From an uncultured Gemmatimonadales bacterium (lineage in GTDB: Bacteria > Gemmatimonadota > Gemmatimonadetes > Gemmatimonadales > JACORV01), in the NCBI GenBank assembly GCA_963835535.1, contig CAWIFL010000004.1, positions 192,328 through 256,327 of the forward strand: 64,000 nt of DNA, given 5' to 3'. Under the pieces are notes generated by a model. The model saw only the letters and a list, made by a program, of their open reading frames with translations. It was not told the origin of the DNA and did no database searches. Shown here piece by piece: positions 51,888 through 60,694 of the stretch. The translations under genes were made by a program, and so were the position numbers. The stretch's first letter is position 1, and each line of letters starts with the position of its first letter.

Positions 51888-52276
51888 CGCCGCGCATCAT
51901 TCTGGCGGCGGCGTCCGCGTGCATACTGGTCGCCGCGCCGGCCGCGGCCGATCAGCGGAGCCCGACCGCGCACTGCAACGACGGCACCTACTACTACGGC
52001 ACGAGCCGGCGTGAGGCCTGTGCCCACCACCGCGGCGTGTCGGAGTGGCTCGGGTCGGTGTCGCGGTCGCAACTCCGGTCCGCCACGCCCAGACGCTCAC
52101 GGCATTCGTCGACGGCGCATCGACCGCCGCAGCCCGCGACACACCGCCGGCCGTTCCACCCCCGACCCGCGGGCGCCACGGCGCGATGCAAAGACGGCAC
52201 CTGGTCCAAGGACCCACGTCGGGCCGGTGCCTGTGGCCACCACGGCGGGATCGCCAGCTGGCTGGGCCGCCGCTAG
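51872..52276 (+). CDS. Exported protein with two DUF3761-like motifs
   Basis: Two copies of C.DGT......R..AC.HHGG/RGV..WLG, separated by a basic Pro/Arg linker. Start at ATG 51872 or 51884 (ATGA overlap). Confidence 0.65.
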   Translation: MRHEMTPRIILAAASACILVAAPAAADQRSPTAHCNDGTYYYGTSRREACAHHRGVSEWLGSVSRSQLRSATPRRSRHSSTAHRPPQPATHRRPFHPRPAGATARCKDGTWSKDPRRAGACGHHGGIASWLGRR

Positions 52277-52280
52277 GAGG

Positions 52281-53156
52281 TCAGGCCGGCACGACCTCGT
52301 GGACCAGGCGGTTCTTCCCCTCGCGTTTGGCAGCGTAGAGCATCGTGTCGGTACGGTCCAGCAGCTCGTCCACCGTGGCCGGCGGGTACGCGAAGGTCAC
52401 CATTCCCATGCTGACGGTCACGGAGCGGGCGTTCTCGGGCAGAGCCGCCGCGCATTCCTCCCGCAGCTTCCCCAGCAACAGCGCCGCCACGTCCGCGCCC
52501 GTTTCCGGCAGACAGACTGCGAACTCGTCCCCTCCCAGGCGCCCGACGACGTCCGTCACGCGCAGCCGGTTGCGGATGGTGCGGGCCACCGCCCGCAGCA
52601 CCTCGTCGCCGGCCTGGTGGCCGAGCCGGTCGTTGATCTGCTTGAAGCTGTCGAGGTCCAGGTAGGCGATCGTCATCGGTCGCCGGTACCGGCGCGCGAA
52701 GGCGAGCGCGGCGCCGGCGAGCTCGATGAAGTGGCGCCGGTTCGACACGCCCGTGAGCGAATCGGTCCGTGCGGATTCCTTCTCGCGCTCGAGCGCGTGC
52801 CGCAATGCCGCGATGACTTCGACGAAGACGAGGAAGAGCGCCGTGCGCAGCACGAGCACGATCACCAGCACGATCCAGGAGGAGTACTGCTGCCCGGCGA
52901 GCAGGTCGCTCCCGATCCCGAGCACCGAGCTGAGGCCGGCGAAGACCAGGCCGGCGGGGCGGCTGATCCTGGTCGCCGCGTAGAAGATCGGGATGAGGTA
53001 GACGACGGCGATCTGGATTTCGTAGCCGGAGAGGTAGTCGACGAGGGCGATCGCGGCGAGCAGCCCCACGGCGACGGCCGTCGCGCCCGCCTTGGACCGG
53101 CCCCCGGACTGCGCCTCCAGCAGAGCCTGGCCCATCATCGTCGCGCGTCCCGGCAT
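52281..53156 (-). CDS. Membrane-anchored diguanylate cyclase (GGDEF)
   Basis: About four TM helices, then DSLTGVSNRR and RLGGDEFAVCL. Confidence 0.85.
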   Translation of the reverse strand: MPGRATMMGQALLEAQSGGRSKAGATAVAVGLLAAIALVDYLSGYEIQIAVVYLIPIFYAATRISRPAGLVFAGLSSVLGIGSDLLAGQQYSSWIVLVIVLVLRTALFLVFVEVIAALRHALEREKESARTDSLTGVSNRRHFIELAGAALAFARRYRRPMTIAYLDLDSFKQINDRLGHQAGDEVLRAVARTIRNRLRVTDVVGRLGGDEFAVCLPETGADVAALLLGKLREECAAALPENARSVTVSMGMVTFAYPPATVDELLDRTDTMLYAAKREGKNRLVHEVVPA

Positions 53157-53237
53157 CGCTCCGTCGCCCTCACGTGATCGGATGAGAGTGCGCCAACGAG
53201 ATTAGCGCCATTCCCCTCCGGCATCAACCGCGGCGGC

Positions 53238-53263
53238 GTTGCGAGACGCCGTGCTCCGACGCC
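53238..53263 (+). repeat. Partial GTTGCGAG-type element (copy B6)
   Basis: gttgcgagacgccgtgctccgacgcc shares GTTGCGAGACGCC with B4/B5. Lies in the intergenic region upstream of the EF-G paralog. Confidence 0.4.
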
Positions 53264-53325
53264 TGCTTGCCACTCCCATCGGGGAGGCGATAGGTTTCGC
53301 CCCCCTCTGGTCCGAAGGGCTGGAC

Positions 53326-55428
53326 ATGAAGGAATACCCAAGCACACACATCCGGAATGTGGCCGTAGTGGGCCACGGAGGCAGCGGCAAGACCAGTCTG
53401 GTTGACGCCCTCGCCTTCGTGGCCGGAAGCAGCAAGCGGCACGGCCGCATCAAAGACGGTTCCTCGCTCACCGACTACTCTCCCGACGAGATCGAACGCG
53501 GATACAGCATCAACCTGGCCCTGGCCTTCGCCGAGTGGGAAGGCGTGAAGGTCAACCTGTTCGACACTCCCGGCTATCTCGACTTCGCGGGCGAGGCGCT
53601 CGCGGGGATCTGGGCCGCGGATGCGTCGCTGATCGTGCTGGGCGCGTCGGCCGGCGTGGAGACGGGGACGGAGAAGGTCTGGGACTACTCCAGGGCCTGC
53701 GAGCACGAGGCGATTTTCTTCGTGTCGATGATGGACAAGGAGCACGCCGACTTCGCCAAGGTCTACGCGCAGATCCGCGAGCGGCTGAGCCCCAAGGCCA
53801 TCCCGGTCGAGATCCCGATCGGCGCGGGGCCCGACTTCCGCGGCATCGTCAACCTGATCAGCAGGACGGCGCACGTGTACAAGCCGGGGACCAAGACCGG
53901 CGAGTACGACGAGCTGCCGATCCCCAAGGAGATCCAGGCGGAGTACGAGCGGTACGAGAACGACCTGATCGAGACGGTGGCCTCGACCGACGACGCGCTG
54001 GTCGAGCGCTATCTCGAGGGGAAGGAGATCTCGCACGGCGAGCTGGTGACGGCGATGCGCGCGGCGATGAAGCGGCGCGAGCTGTTCCCCGTCTTCTGCG
54101 GCGCCGCCGAGTTGACCTTCGGCGCGCGGGCGCTCCTGTCGGAGATCGTGGAGCTGACCCCGGCGCCGGCCGACAATCCGGCCGTGCACGCGGAGAAGTG
54201 GGGCACGGCCGAAAAGGTCGAGCTGGCGGAGCGGGACGACGCGCCGTTCAGCGCGCTGGTCTTCAAGACGGTGTCGGAGCCGCACGTCGGTGACGTGTCG
54301 CTGTTCCGCGTCTACTCCGGGACGGTGAAGAACGGGCAGGAGGTCCTCAATCCGGCCCGCAACGCGCTGGAGAAGCTCAACCACCTCTCGATCTCGCAGG
54401 GCAAGGACAAGATCGAGGTGGACCTGCTGCACGCGGGCGACGTCGGCGTGATCGCCAAGTTGCGCGACACCCACAGCAACGACACGCTCGCGACCCATGC
54501 GGTGCCGGTGGTGCTGCCGCGCATCCCGTTCCCCGAGCCGATCATCCACGTCGCCGTCGAGGCGAAGGAGCGGGGCGACGAGGAGAAGATCAACCTCGGC
54601 CTGGCGAAGCTCGCCGAGGAGGACCCCACCTTCCACTGGGAGTACAACCCCGACGTCCGCCAGACCTGGATCTACGGGCTGGGGGAGCGGCACCTCGAGG
54701 TGATCCTGGGGCGGCTGGCGCGGAAGTTCGGCGTGCACGCGATCCAGACCAAGCCGAAGATCCCGTACCGCGAGACGATCAAGGGGAAGGCGGAGGGCCA
54801 GGGGCGGCACAAGAAGCAGACCGGCGGGCGCGGGCAGTTCGGCGACTGCTGGATCCGGATGCTGCCGATGCCGCGCGGCGGTGGCTACGTCTTCGAGGAC
54901 CAGATCGTCGGCGGCTCGATCCCCAGCAAGTTCATCCCCGCGGTGGACCGCGGGGTCCAGGAGGCCGCCGTGCGCGGGATCCTGGCCGGCCATCCGGTGG
55001 TGGACTTCAAGGTCCAGCTGTTCGACGGGTCATACCACACGGTGGACTCGAACGAAATGTCGTTCAAGCTCGCCGGCATCCTGGCGTTCCGGAACGTGTC
55101 GCCCAACTGCAAGCCGGTGCTGCTGGAGCCGCTGGCGGACCTCGAGGTGCTGACGCCCGAGGAGTACCTCGGCGCGGTGATGGGCGACCTCAACTCGCGG
55201 CGCGGGCAGATTCTGGGTTCGGAGCCGGACGGCAAGCTGCTGAAGCTGAAGGCGATCGTGCCGGAGGCGGAGCTGTACAAGTACGCCACCCAGCTCCACT
55301 CCCTCACCCAGGGGCGCAGCACCTTCCGGAAGAAGTTCAAGGGGTACGCCGAGATGCCCGCCGAGGCCGCGGCGAAGGTGATCGAGGAATACCAGAAGAC
55401 GAAGAAAGAGAAAGAAGAGGAAGCCTAG
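53326..55428 (+). CDS. Elongation factor G paralog (EF-G2-like)
   Basis: 700 aa. G1 VGHGGSGKTS, G3 DTPGYLDF, and EF-G domains II-V recognisable (GDVSLFRVYSGTV, HVAVEAK, the GGRGQFG loop). Lys/Glu-rich C-terminal tail. Confidence 0.85.
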   Translation: MKEYPSTHIRNVAVVGHGGSGKTSLVDALAFVAGSSKRHGRIKDGSSLTDYSPDEIERGYSINLALAFAEWEGVKVNLFDTPGYLDFAGEALAGIWAADASLIVLGASAGVETGTEKVWDYSRACEHEAIFFVSMMDKEHADFAKVYAQIRERLSPKAIPVEIPIGAGPDFRGIVNLISRTAHVYKPGTKTGEYDELPIPKEIQAEYERYENDLIETVASTDDALVERYLEGKEISHGELVTAMRAAMKRRELFPVFCGAAELTFGARALLSEIVELTPAPADNPAVHAEKWGTAEKVELAERDDAPFSALVFKTVSEPHVGDVSLFRVYSGTVKNGQEVLNPARNALEKLNHLSISQGKDKIEVDLLHAGDVGVIAKLRDTHSNDTLATHAVPVVLPRIPFPEPIIHVAVEAKERGDEEKINLGLAKLAEEDPTFHWEYNPDVRQTWIYGLGERHLEVILGRLARKFGVHAIQTKPKIPYRETIKGKAEGQGRHKKQTGGRGQFGDCWIRMLPMPRGGGYVFEDQIVGGSIPSKFIPAVDRGVQEAAVRGILAGHPVVDFKVQLFDGSYHTVDSNEMSFKLAGILAFRNVSPNCKPVLLEPLADLEVLTPEEYLGAVMGDLNSRRGQILGSEPDGKLLKLKAIVPEAELYKYATQLHSLTQGRSTFRKKFKGYAEMPAEAAAKVIEEYQKTKKEKEEEA

Positions 55429-56177
55429 ACCTTGTGGTAGACGACGCGCGCCGCTTCGGCGCCGTCGTCGGCCTTGTAGATCTCGAAGTCGGAGAAGAGC
55501 CGCGGGGCCTCCGCCGCGAGCACGCGGAGGACCGCGACCGCCATCCGCCGGATCTCCTGCTCGGCCCCCTCGCCGCAGCGGAGCTCGAGCATGGTCCGCC
55601 AGGCGCGGACGTTCGCGCTCACCACGATCTTCGTCTCCGTCGCGTTCGGCAGCAGGGAGCGCGCGGCTTCGCGCGCCATCTTGCGCCGGTGCACCTTGTC
55701 GGCCACCCACTCGTAGCGCCGCATCAGATCCTCGACCGCGCGGACGTACGCGTCCTGCGCCGCGGTGACCTGCGCGAGCCACGCGGTTTCCAGCCGCTCG
55801 TCCCCGAGCATCGCGGGCGGGACCACGAAGGCGGCGTGCGACTCGTCCACGTAGCGCTGGGAGAGCTGGCTGTAGCCGAAGCCGGCGCGGTGGCGCACCA
55901 GCTCGTGCGTGCAGGAGCGGGAGATCCCCTCGAGCAGGAGCACGTAGACGGCGTGCTCCAGCACCGAACCGTGGCCCTGCTTCTTGATGTTCTCGAGATA
56001 GTCCGCGGTCGTGCGCCTGGCCGGATTCGCCTGGCTCATGTAGCAGAGCCGGCCGGCAAACTCGGCGAGCCGCTCGCCGTCCGTCGCCTCGCCCTTCCAG
56101 TCCACCTTCAGGTGGTCCGGCTCGACGAACTGCGGCCGGCCGATCAACGTGACGCGCGGGGCGCGGAGGATTTCCAT
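55425..56177 (-). CDS. thyX: FAD-dependent thymidylate synthase ThyX
   Basis: HGSVLEH and ELVRHRAGFGYSQLSQRYV (ThyX RHR...S.RY motif). Confidence 0.9.
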   Translation of the reverse strand: MEILRAPRVTLIGRPQFVEPDHLKVDWKGEATDGERLAEFAGRLCYMSQANPARRTTADYLENIKKQGHGSVLEHAVYVLLLEGISRSCTHELVRHRAGFGYSQLSQRYVDESHAAFVVPPAMLGDERLETAWLAQVTAAQDAYVRAVEDLMRRYEWVADKVHRRKMAREAARSLLPNATETKIVVSANVRAWRTMLELRCGEGAEQEIRRMAVAVLRVLAAEAPRLFSDFEIYKADDGAEAARVVYHKV

Positions 56178-56180
56178 TTA

Positions 56181-56218
56181 GAAGCAGGGGTCAGGGTTTA
56201 GGGGGTAGGGGTCAGGGA
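56181..56218. repeat. G-tract element related to the heptamer repeat (half copy, no inverted partner)
   Basis: gaAGCAGGGGTCAGGGTTTAGGGGGTAGGGGTCAGGG shares the AGCAGGGGT head with 1121-1150 and has five G-tracts on the plus strand. Confidence 0.6.
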
Positions 56219-57838
56219 TCAAGGCTGCAGTACCCCGGGATTCGGCGCCAGGTCGAGCCGGTACGAGCCCCACGCCGCGGCGCGCTCGATCTCGCGCAGT
56301 CGGGCGGCGATGCCGGCGGGGAGTGACGGCGCGTGCGGACCCACCTTGAGCACGTCGGCCGTCAACGCCCCGCCGTGGCCGCTCTTCAGGATCTTCACGC
56401 CGGGGTTCAGGACGCCCTTCGGATCCCACGCCTGCCGCGTGCGACGGCACAGGTCCAGGTAGGCGGCACCGAAGGTACGCTCGACGAACGGCGCGCGCAG
56501 CCGGCCGTCGCCGTGCTCGCCGGACGGCGTCCCGCCGAGGGCGATCTGCTCGGCGGTGACGCGCTCCAGGCAGGCCGCCAGCCGCGGGGCGAAGTCCGGG
56601 GCGGTCACGTCGGCCAGAAGGTTCGCGTGCAGGTGCCCGTCCCCCGCGTGGCCGAAGATGACGATCTCGAAGCCGGTCGCCTTCGCGGCCGCCCGCAAGG
56701 CGGCGATGTAGCGCTCGAGGCGCTCCGGCGGCACGCAGCCGTCCTCGACGACCTGGAGGGAGCGGAGGTTGTCGGGGAGCGAGGCGAGGATCGGGCTCGC
56801 GAGGTGGCGCAGCTCCCAGAGCCGACCCACGGTCGTCGCATCCTCGGCCACTTCCACCGAGGTCGCGATGCCCTTGACCGCCGCGGCGGCCGCGTGTGCG
56901 CTCCCCTCGAGTTCGACCAGGAGCACGGCCTCCGTGCCCGAGGCGAGATGGCGTTGCGCCGCACCGCGCACGAAGTCGAGATAGGTCTTGTCGAGCAGCT
57001 CCACGGCCGAGGGCCCGAGCGGCCGCAGGGCGAGGACCGCGGGGCCGACCTGGTCGAGCGAGCCGAGCGTGACGAGCAGCGTGGTGCGCACGGCCGGGAG
57101 CGGCGCCAGCGCGACCTCGACGGCCGTGAACACGGCCAGCGTACCCTCGCTGCCGACCAGCAGGTCGGCCGTCCGCCCGCTCGCTGCGAACGCGTCCAGC
57201 GCGTAGCCCGACGAGTTCTTGAGCGTGCGGGGCGCCGCGGCGGCGAGGACGGCGGCATGCTCGCGGATCGTCGGCGCCACCTCTCGCAGGAACCGTTCTT
57301 CCGCCCCCGTGCGTCGGTGCGTCGGTGCGTCCGTGCGTCCGGCTTCCCCGTCTGCGGTGACGAATTCCAGCGCGCGCACCCAGCGGCGCATCGTGCCGTA
57401 TTTCACGCTGTGCGAGCCCGCGGCGTTCGTGGCGGCCATGCCGCCGACCGTGCAGAACGCGCCGCTCGACGGATCGGGCGGCAGGTGCAGGCCGAACGGC
57501 TGCGCCGCGAAGTTGAGGGCCCGGTAGGTGACGGAGGCGCCGCAGCGCGCGGTCTTCGCGTCCGGGTCGATGGCCGGCGCGTCGGGGCAGGCGCGCGTGA
57601 GGTCCAGGACGACGTCCGGCCCGACGTTGCCGCCCTGCATCCCGCTCCCGGCACCGCGGGGCACGAGCGCGAGGCCGTTCTCGGCAGCCCAGCGCACGAG
57701 CAGCCGGAGGTCCTCGATGTCCTTCGGGACGGCGACGGCCCGGGGGATGATGCGGAAGATGCCCGCCCCCTCGGAGTAGAGCGCGCGGGCGACGTCGTCG
57801 GTCCTGAACTCGCCGCGGAGGCCGGGGGGTGCTTGCAC
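56219..57838 (-). CDS. FAD-linked oxidase (GlcD / D-lactate dehydrogenase family)
   Basis: 539 aa. FAD_binding_4-like N-terminal half (LVPRGAGSGMQGG) and a C-terminal FAD-oxidase domain (GHAGDGHLH, GEHGDGRLR). Contains octamer repeat C2 in frame. Confidence 0.85.
   Translation of the reverse strand: MQAPPGLRGEFRTDDVARALYSEGAGIFRIIPRAVAVPKDIEDLRLLVRWAAENGLALVPRGAGSGMQGGNVGPDVVLDLTRACPDAPAIDPDAKTARCGASVTYRALNFAAQPFGLHLPPDPSSGAFCTVGGMAATNAAGSHSVKYGTMRRWVRALEFVTADGEAGRTDAPTHRRTGAEERFLREVAPTIREHAAVLAAAAPRTLKNSSGYALDAFAASGRTADLLVGSEGTLAVFTAVEVALAPLPAVRTTLLVTLGSLDQVGPAVLALRPLGPSAVELLDKTYLDFVRGAAQRHLASGTEAVLLVELEGSAHAAAAAVKGIATSVEVAEDATTVGRLWELRHLASPILASLPDNLRSLQVVEDGCVPPERLERYIAALRAAAKATGFEIVIFGHAGDGHLHANLLADVTAPDFAPRLAACLERVTAEQIALGGTPSGEHGDGRLRAPFVERTFGAAYLDLCRRTRQAWDPKGVLNPGVKILKSGHGGALTADVLKVGPHAPSLPAGIAARLREIERAAAWGSYRLDLAPNPGVLQP
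57304..57342 (-). repeat. GGACGCAC octamer-repeat element, copy C2 (inside the FAD oxidase CDS)
   Basis: The reverse complement is ccGGACGCACGGACGCACCGACGCACCGACGCACggggg. It encodes GRTDAPTHRRTGA in the enzyme. Confidence 0.85.
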
Positions 57839-57867
57839 GCGCGCAAGCTAACGGCCGCGCCTTCGGC

Positions 57868-57896
57868 TTGACAAGCACTTTGGGCACGGTGATACT
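57868..57896 (+). promoter_or_regulatory. Candidate promoter giving a leaderless or near-leaderless DUF116 mRNA
   Basis: TTGACA (57868-57873), 17-nt spacer, GATACT (57891-57896). The ATG at 57906 is only 9 nt after the -10 and there is no SD. Confidence 0.4.
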
Positions 57897-57905
57897 CGCC
57901 CTTTC

Positions 57906-58712
57906 ATGCCCTCGACAACCCAGGCCAAGCCGAACCTCATCCGGATCGAGGTGGATCGTCGCCTCGGCCACGAATGGGACGAGTGGGACGGGCGGCCGCT
58001 GCCCGGCGGCGGGAACTTCGACACGCCGCCGCGCCGCTTCTTCGCCTACGCCGCGCTCACCCTCGCCTTCGTGGCGGGGGTCCTCTTCCTCGCGCTCTAC
58101 CTGCTCGGTCCGCGGCTCGCGACGCTCTGGGTGCCGCTGCCGAACATCCTGGCGCTCGCCCTCGCGGCGCTCACGGTGCTCGCTTGGGCTTGGTTCGCCC
58201 TGCTGGTCGCATCCTACTACGGTCCGGCGCTGCTGCTGCCCGAGCGCCTCGCCGAGCGTGGACCGTTCCTGGTCCTGATGCGCTGGACCTCGCAGATCGC
58301 GCGCCGGTTCGGCGTGCGCGACTGGGTCGAGCACGCGGCGGTGGAGGTGTACAACGGTCTCGCGGCCCGGCGTGGCTGGAAGGTGGGGAAGGGCGAGCTG
58401 CTGGTGCTGATCCCGCGCTGCCTGTCGAAGGCGGCGCTGGACGGGATCCTCGACGTCGCTGGGCGCTACGACGTGCCGGTGTTCGTGGCGACACGCGGCC
58501 AGCTCGCGCGGCGCGCGATCCGCGAGCGGCGGCCGCGGGCGGTGGTGGCGGTCGCGTGCGAGCGGGACATGGTGAGCGGCCTGCACGACGTCGCCGCCAA
58601 GGTGCCCGTGCTGGGCCTCACCATGCGCCTGCCGTCCGGGCCCTGCAAGGACGCAACGGTGGACGTGGCGAAGCTCGAGAGCTGGGTGAAGAGCTTCGTG
58701 GAGGCCGGCTAG
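57906..58712 (+). CDS. DUF116-like membrane protein
   Basis: Two to three TM helices, then a C-terminal domain with LIPRCL, VAVACERD and GPCKDATVD, resembling DUF116 conserved Cys positions. Confidence 0.6.
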   Translation: MPSTTQAKPNLIRIEVDRRLGHEWDEWDGRPLPGGGNFDTPPRRFFAYAALTLAFVAGVLFLALYLLGPRLATLWVPLPNILALALAALTVLAWAWFALLVASYYGPALLLPERLAERGPFLVLMRWTSQIARRFGVRDWVEHAAVEVYNGLAARRGWKVGKGELLVLIPRCLSKAALDGILDVAGRYDVPVFVATRGQLARRAIRERRPRAVVAVACERDMVSGLHDVAAKVPVLGLTMRLPSGPCKDATVDVAKLESWVKSFVEAG

Positions 58713-59196
58713 GGCTGCTGCGCGCCGGTCGAGTCGGCGCGAGGCTTGGGCGGTGGGAACACCACCTTAAGCCGCGCGACGAGGCTGTCCAGAATGGCGT
58801 GCTCCGGCGTGCTGTCCGGGACCATCCGCTCGAGATCCCGCTCAGGCTGGCTGGGATCGTACGCGATCCGCCTGACGCATTCGGCAGCGAGGCGCGTCTT
58901 TCCCGCCGTCGGGTCCGCGAACAAGCGCAGCTTCACGGTGTGATCGAAGTCCTCGGCGCGCGCGCTCACGGTGCGCCTGGTCACGACGTCGTACCAGTCC
59001 GTCTCGAGGTAGCCCTCGTCCGCCGCGACGCTCACGACCGCGAGGCCCGCGGCGCGCACCTCGTGCTCGGCGGCCACGATCACGACATCCGGCGCAGCGT
59101 CGAGGAGCAGCGAGATGCTGCCGGGCAGCGGCCCGTAGACGGGGCGCACGCCGCCGAAATGCGCACACGCCGCCAGGCCTCCCAGGACGGCGACCA
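58709..59196 (-). CDS. Hypothetical lipoprotein (start uncertain)
   Basis: Lipobox LGGLAAC. The minimal start is GTG 59196. The only upstream starts (59320/59323) overlap the preceding gene by ~100 nt and encode an Arg-rich run. Confidence 0.45.
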
Positions 59197-59216
59197 CGGC
59201 GAGCGCGGCGGCGCGA

Positions 59217-59804
59217 CTAGTGCTTCGCGGTATCGGGTGAGCCCGGGTGCGCGTGACCGGTATCGGGGGCCGGCAGGGTGGACGTCCCCGCCTTCGGCGC
59301 CGCCGTCTCCTCGTCCTCATCATGGTGGTGCCCGGCGCGCTCGGCCGCTATGGCCTGGAGCCGCGCGGTGGGCACGCCGAGCGCGTGGTCGAAGGTGAGC
59401 TTCCCGCCGAGCATCGCCGTGTAGAGCAGGATGAGGACGCCGATCACGCCGGCGGTGAGCGCGACGGGTTGCTCCCTATCGCTCCAGACGCCGCGGCGCA
59501 CGATCCGCCAGACGGCGAGGATGCCGAAGATCGCGAGCACGATGAACGCGAGCGTCTCGTGCGTCTCCATGATCGCGTGCGCCTGGTCGCTGTGCTCGAC
59601 CACGCCCTCGGCGAGCAGCCCGGCCACGATCGCGGCGCCGGTGCCGACCACCCCGGCCACCAGCGTCCAGAACGCCGCCGCCTTGAGCGACTCCCGCTTG
59701 AAGAAGCTGCCGAGCAGGTCGAAGAGGACCGAGATCGGCAGGAGCGCCGGCGGCAGGTCGTTCACGGCGGCGTGGACGCGCGGCCAGTCGTAGCCGAACA
59801 GCAT
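59217..59804 (-). CDS. DUF2231-like membrane protein with a His/acidic C-terminal tail
   Basis: Start at ATG 59804. DLPPALLPISVLFDLLG, four TM helices, and the tail GHHHDEDEE...GHAHPGSPDTAKH. Confidence 0.6.
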   Translation of the reverse strand: MLFGYDWPRVHAAVNDLPPALLPISVLFDLLGSFFKRESLKAAAFWTLVAGVVGTGAAIVAGLLAEGVVEHSDQAHAIMETHETLAFIVLAIFGILAVWRIVRRGVWSDREQPVALTAGVIGVLILLYTAMLGGKLTFDHALGVPTARLQAIAAERAGHHHDEDEETAAPKAGTSTLPAPDTGHAHPGSPDTAKH

Positions 59805-59806
59805 CG

Positions 59807-60694
59807 TCACAGCCCCAGGTTGGAGGGCGTCGGCGGGGTGGCGCCGTAGTCGTAGAAGCCCTTGCCCGACTTCTTGCCGTAGTAGCCGGCCAGGACCATG
59901 CGCTTGAGCAGCGGCGGCGGCGCGTAGCGCGGCTCGCGGTACTCGTCGAACATGATCTCCGCGATCTTGTACGTGGTGTCGTTGCCGACGAAGTCCAGCA
60001 GCGCGAACGGGCCCATCGGATAACCGCAGCCCAGTTGCATCGCCTTGTCGATGTCCGGCACGCTCGCCACGCCGCGCTCGAGGGCGCGGATCGCGTCGAG
60101 CAGGTAGGGCACCAGCAGGAGGTTCACCACGAACCCCGAGGTGTCCTTCGCCGCGATCGGCTCCTTGCCCAGCTTCCGGGCGAACGCGAAGGCGCGCTCG
60201 AAGGTCTCGGGCGTGGTGGTCACCGTGCGCACGACCTCGACCAGCTTCATCAGCGGCACGGGATTGAAGAAGTGCAGACCGACGAACTTGTCCGGCCGCT
60301 TCGTCACGGCGGCCATCGCGGCGATGGTGAGGCTCGAGGTGTTCGAGGCGAAGATGGTCGTGGGGCGGCAGAGCCGGTCGAGCTCCTTCCACAGCACGTT
60401 CTTCAGCTCGAGCTCTTCGGTGACCGCCTCGATCACGATGTCGGCGTCCACGAGGTCGGGGACTTTCGTGGTGAAGCGCAACCTGCCGAGCGTCGCGTCG
60501 CGCGCGGCGGCGTCGAGCTTCCCCTTCTCGACCAGCTTGTTCAGCGAGCCGGTGATGGCGCCCTTGCCCCTGGCGAGGAGCTCGTCGCTCACCTCGCGCA
60601 CGACCGTAGGGAAGCCTGCGGCGGCGGCGGTCTGGGCGATGCCGCTGCCCATCAGACCGCACCCCAGCACGCCGACGGTGGTGATCTCGCTCAT
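59807..60694 (-). CDS. hbd: 3-hydroxybutyryl-CoA dehydrogenase
   Basis: Start at ATG 60694. VGVLGCGLMGSGIA Rossmann motif, SNTSSL, HFFNPVPLMKLVE and GFVVNLLL. Confidence 0.9.
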   Translation of the reverse strand: MSEITTVGVLGCGLMGSGIAQTAAAAGFPTVVREVSDELLARGKGAITGSLNKLVEKGKLDAAARDATLGRLRFTTKVPDLVDADIVIEAVTEELELKNVLWKELDRLCRPTTIFASNTSSLTIAAMAAVTKRPDKFVGLHFFNPVPLMKLVEVVRTVTTTPETFERAFAFARKLGKEPIAAKDTSGFVVNLLLVPYLLDAIRALERGVASVPDIDKAMQLGCGYPMGPFALLDFVGNDTTYKIAEIMFDEYREPRYAPPPLLKRMVLAGYYGKKSGKGFYDYGATPPTPSNLGL

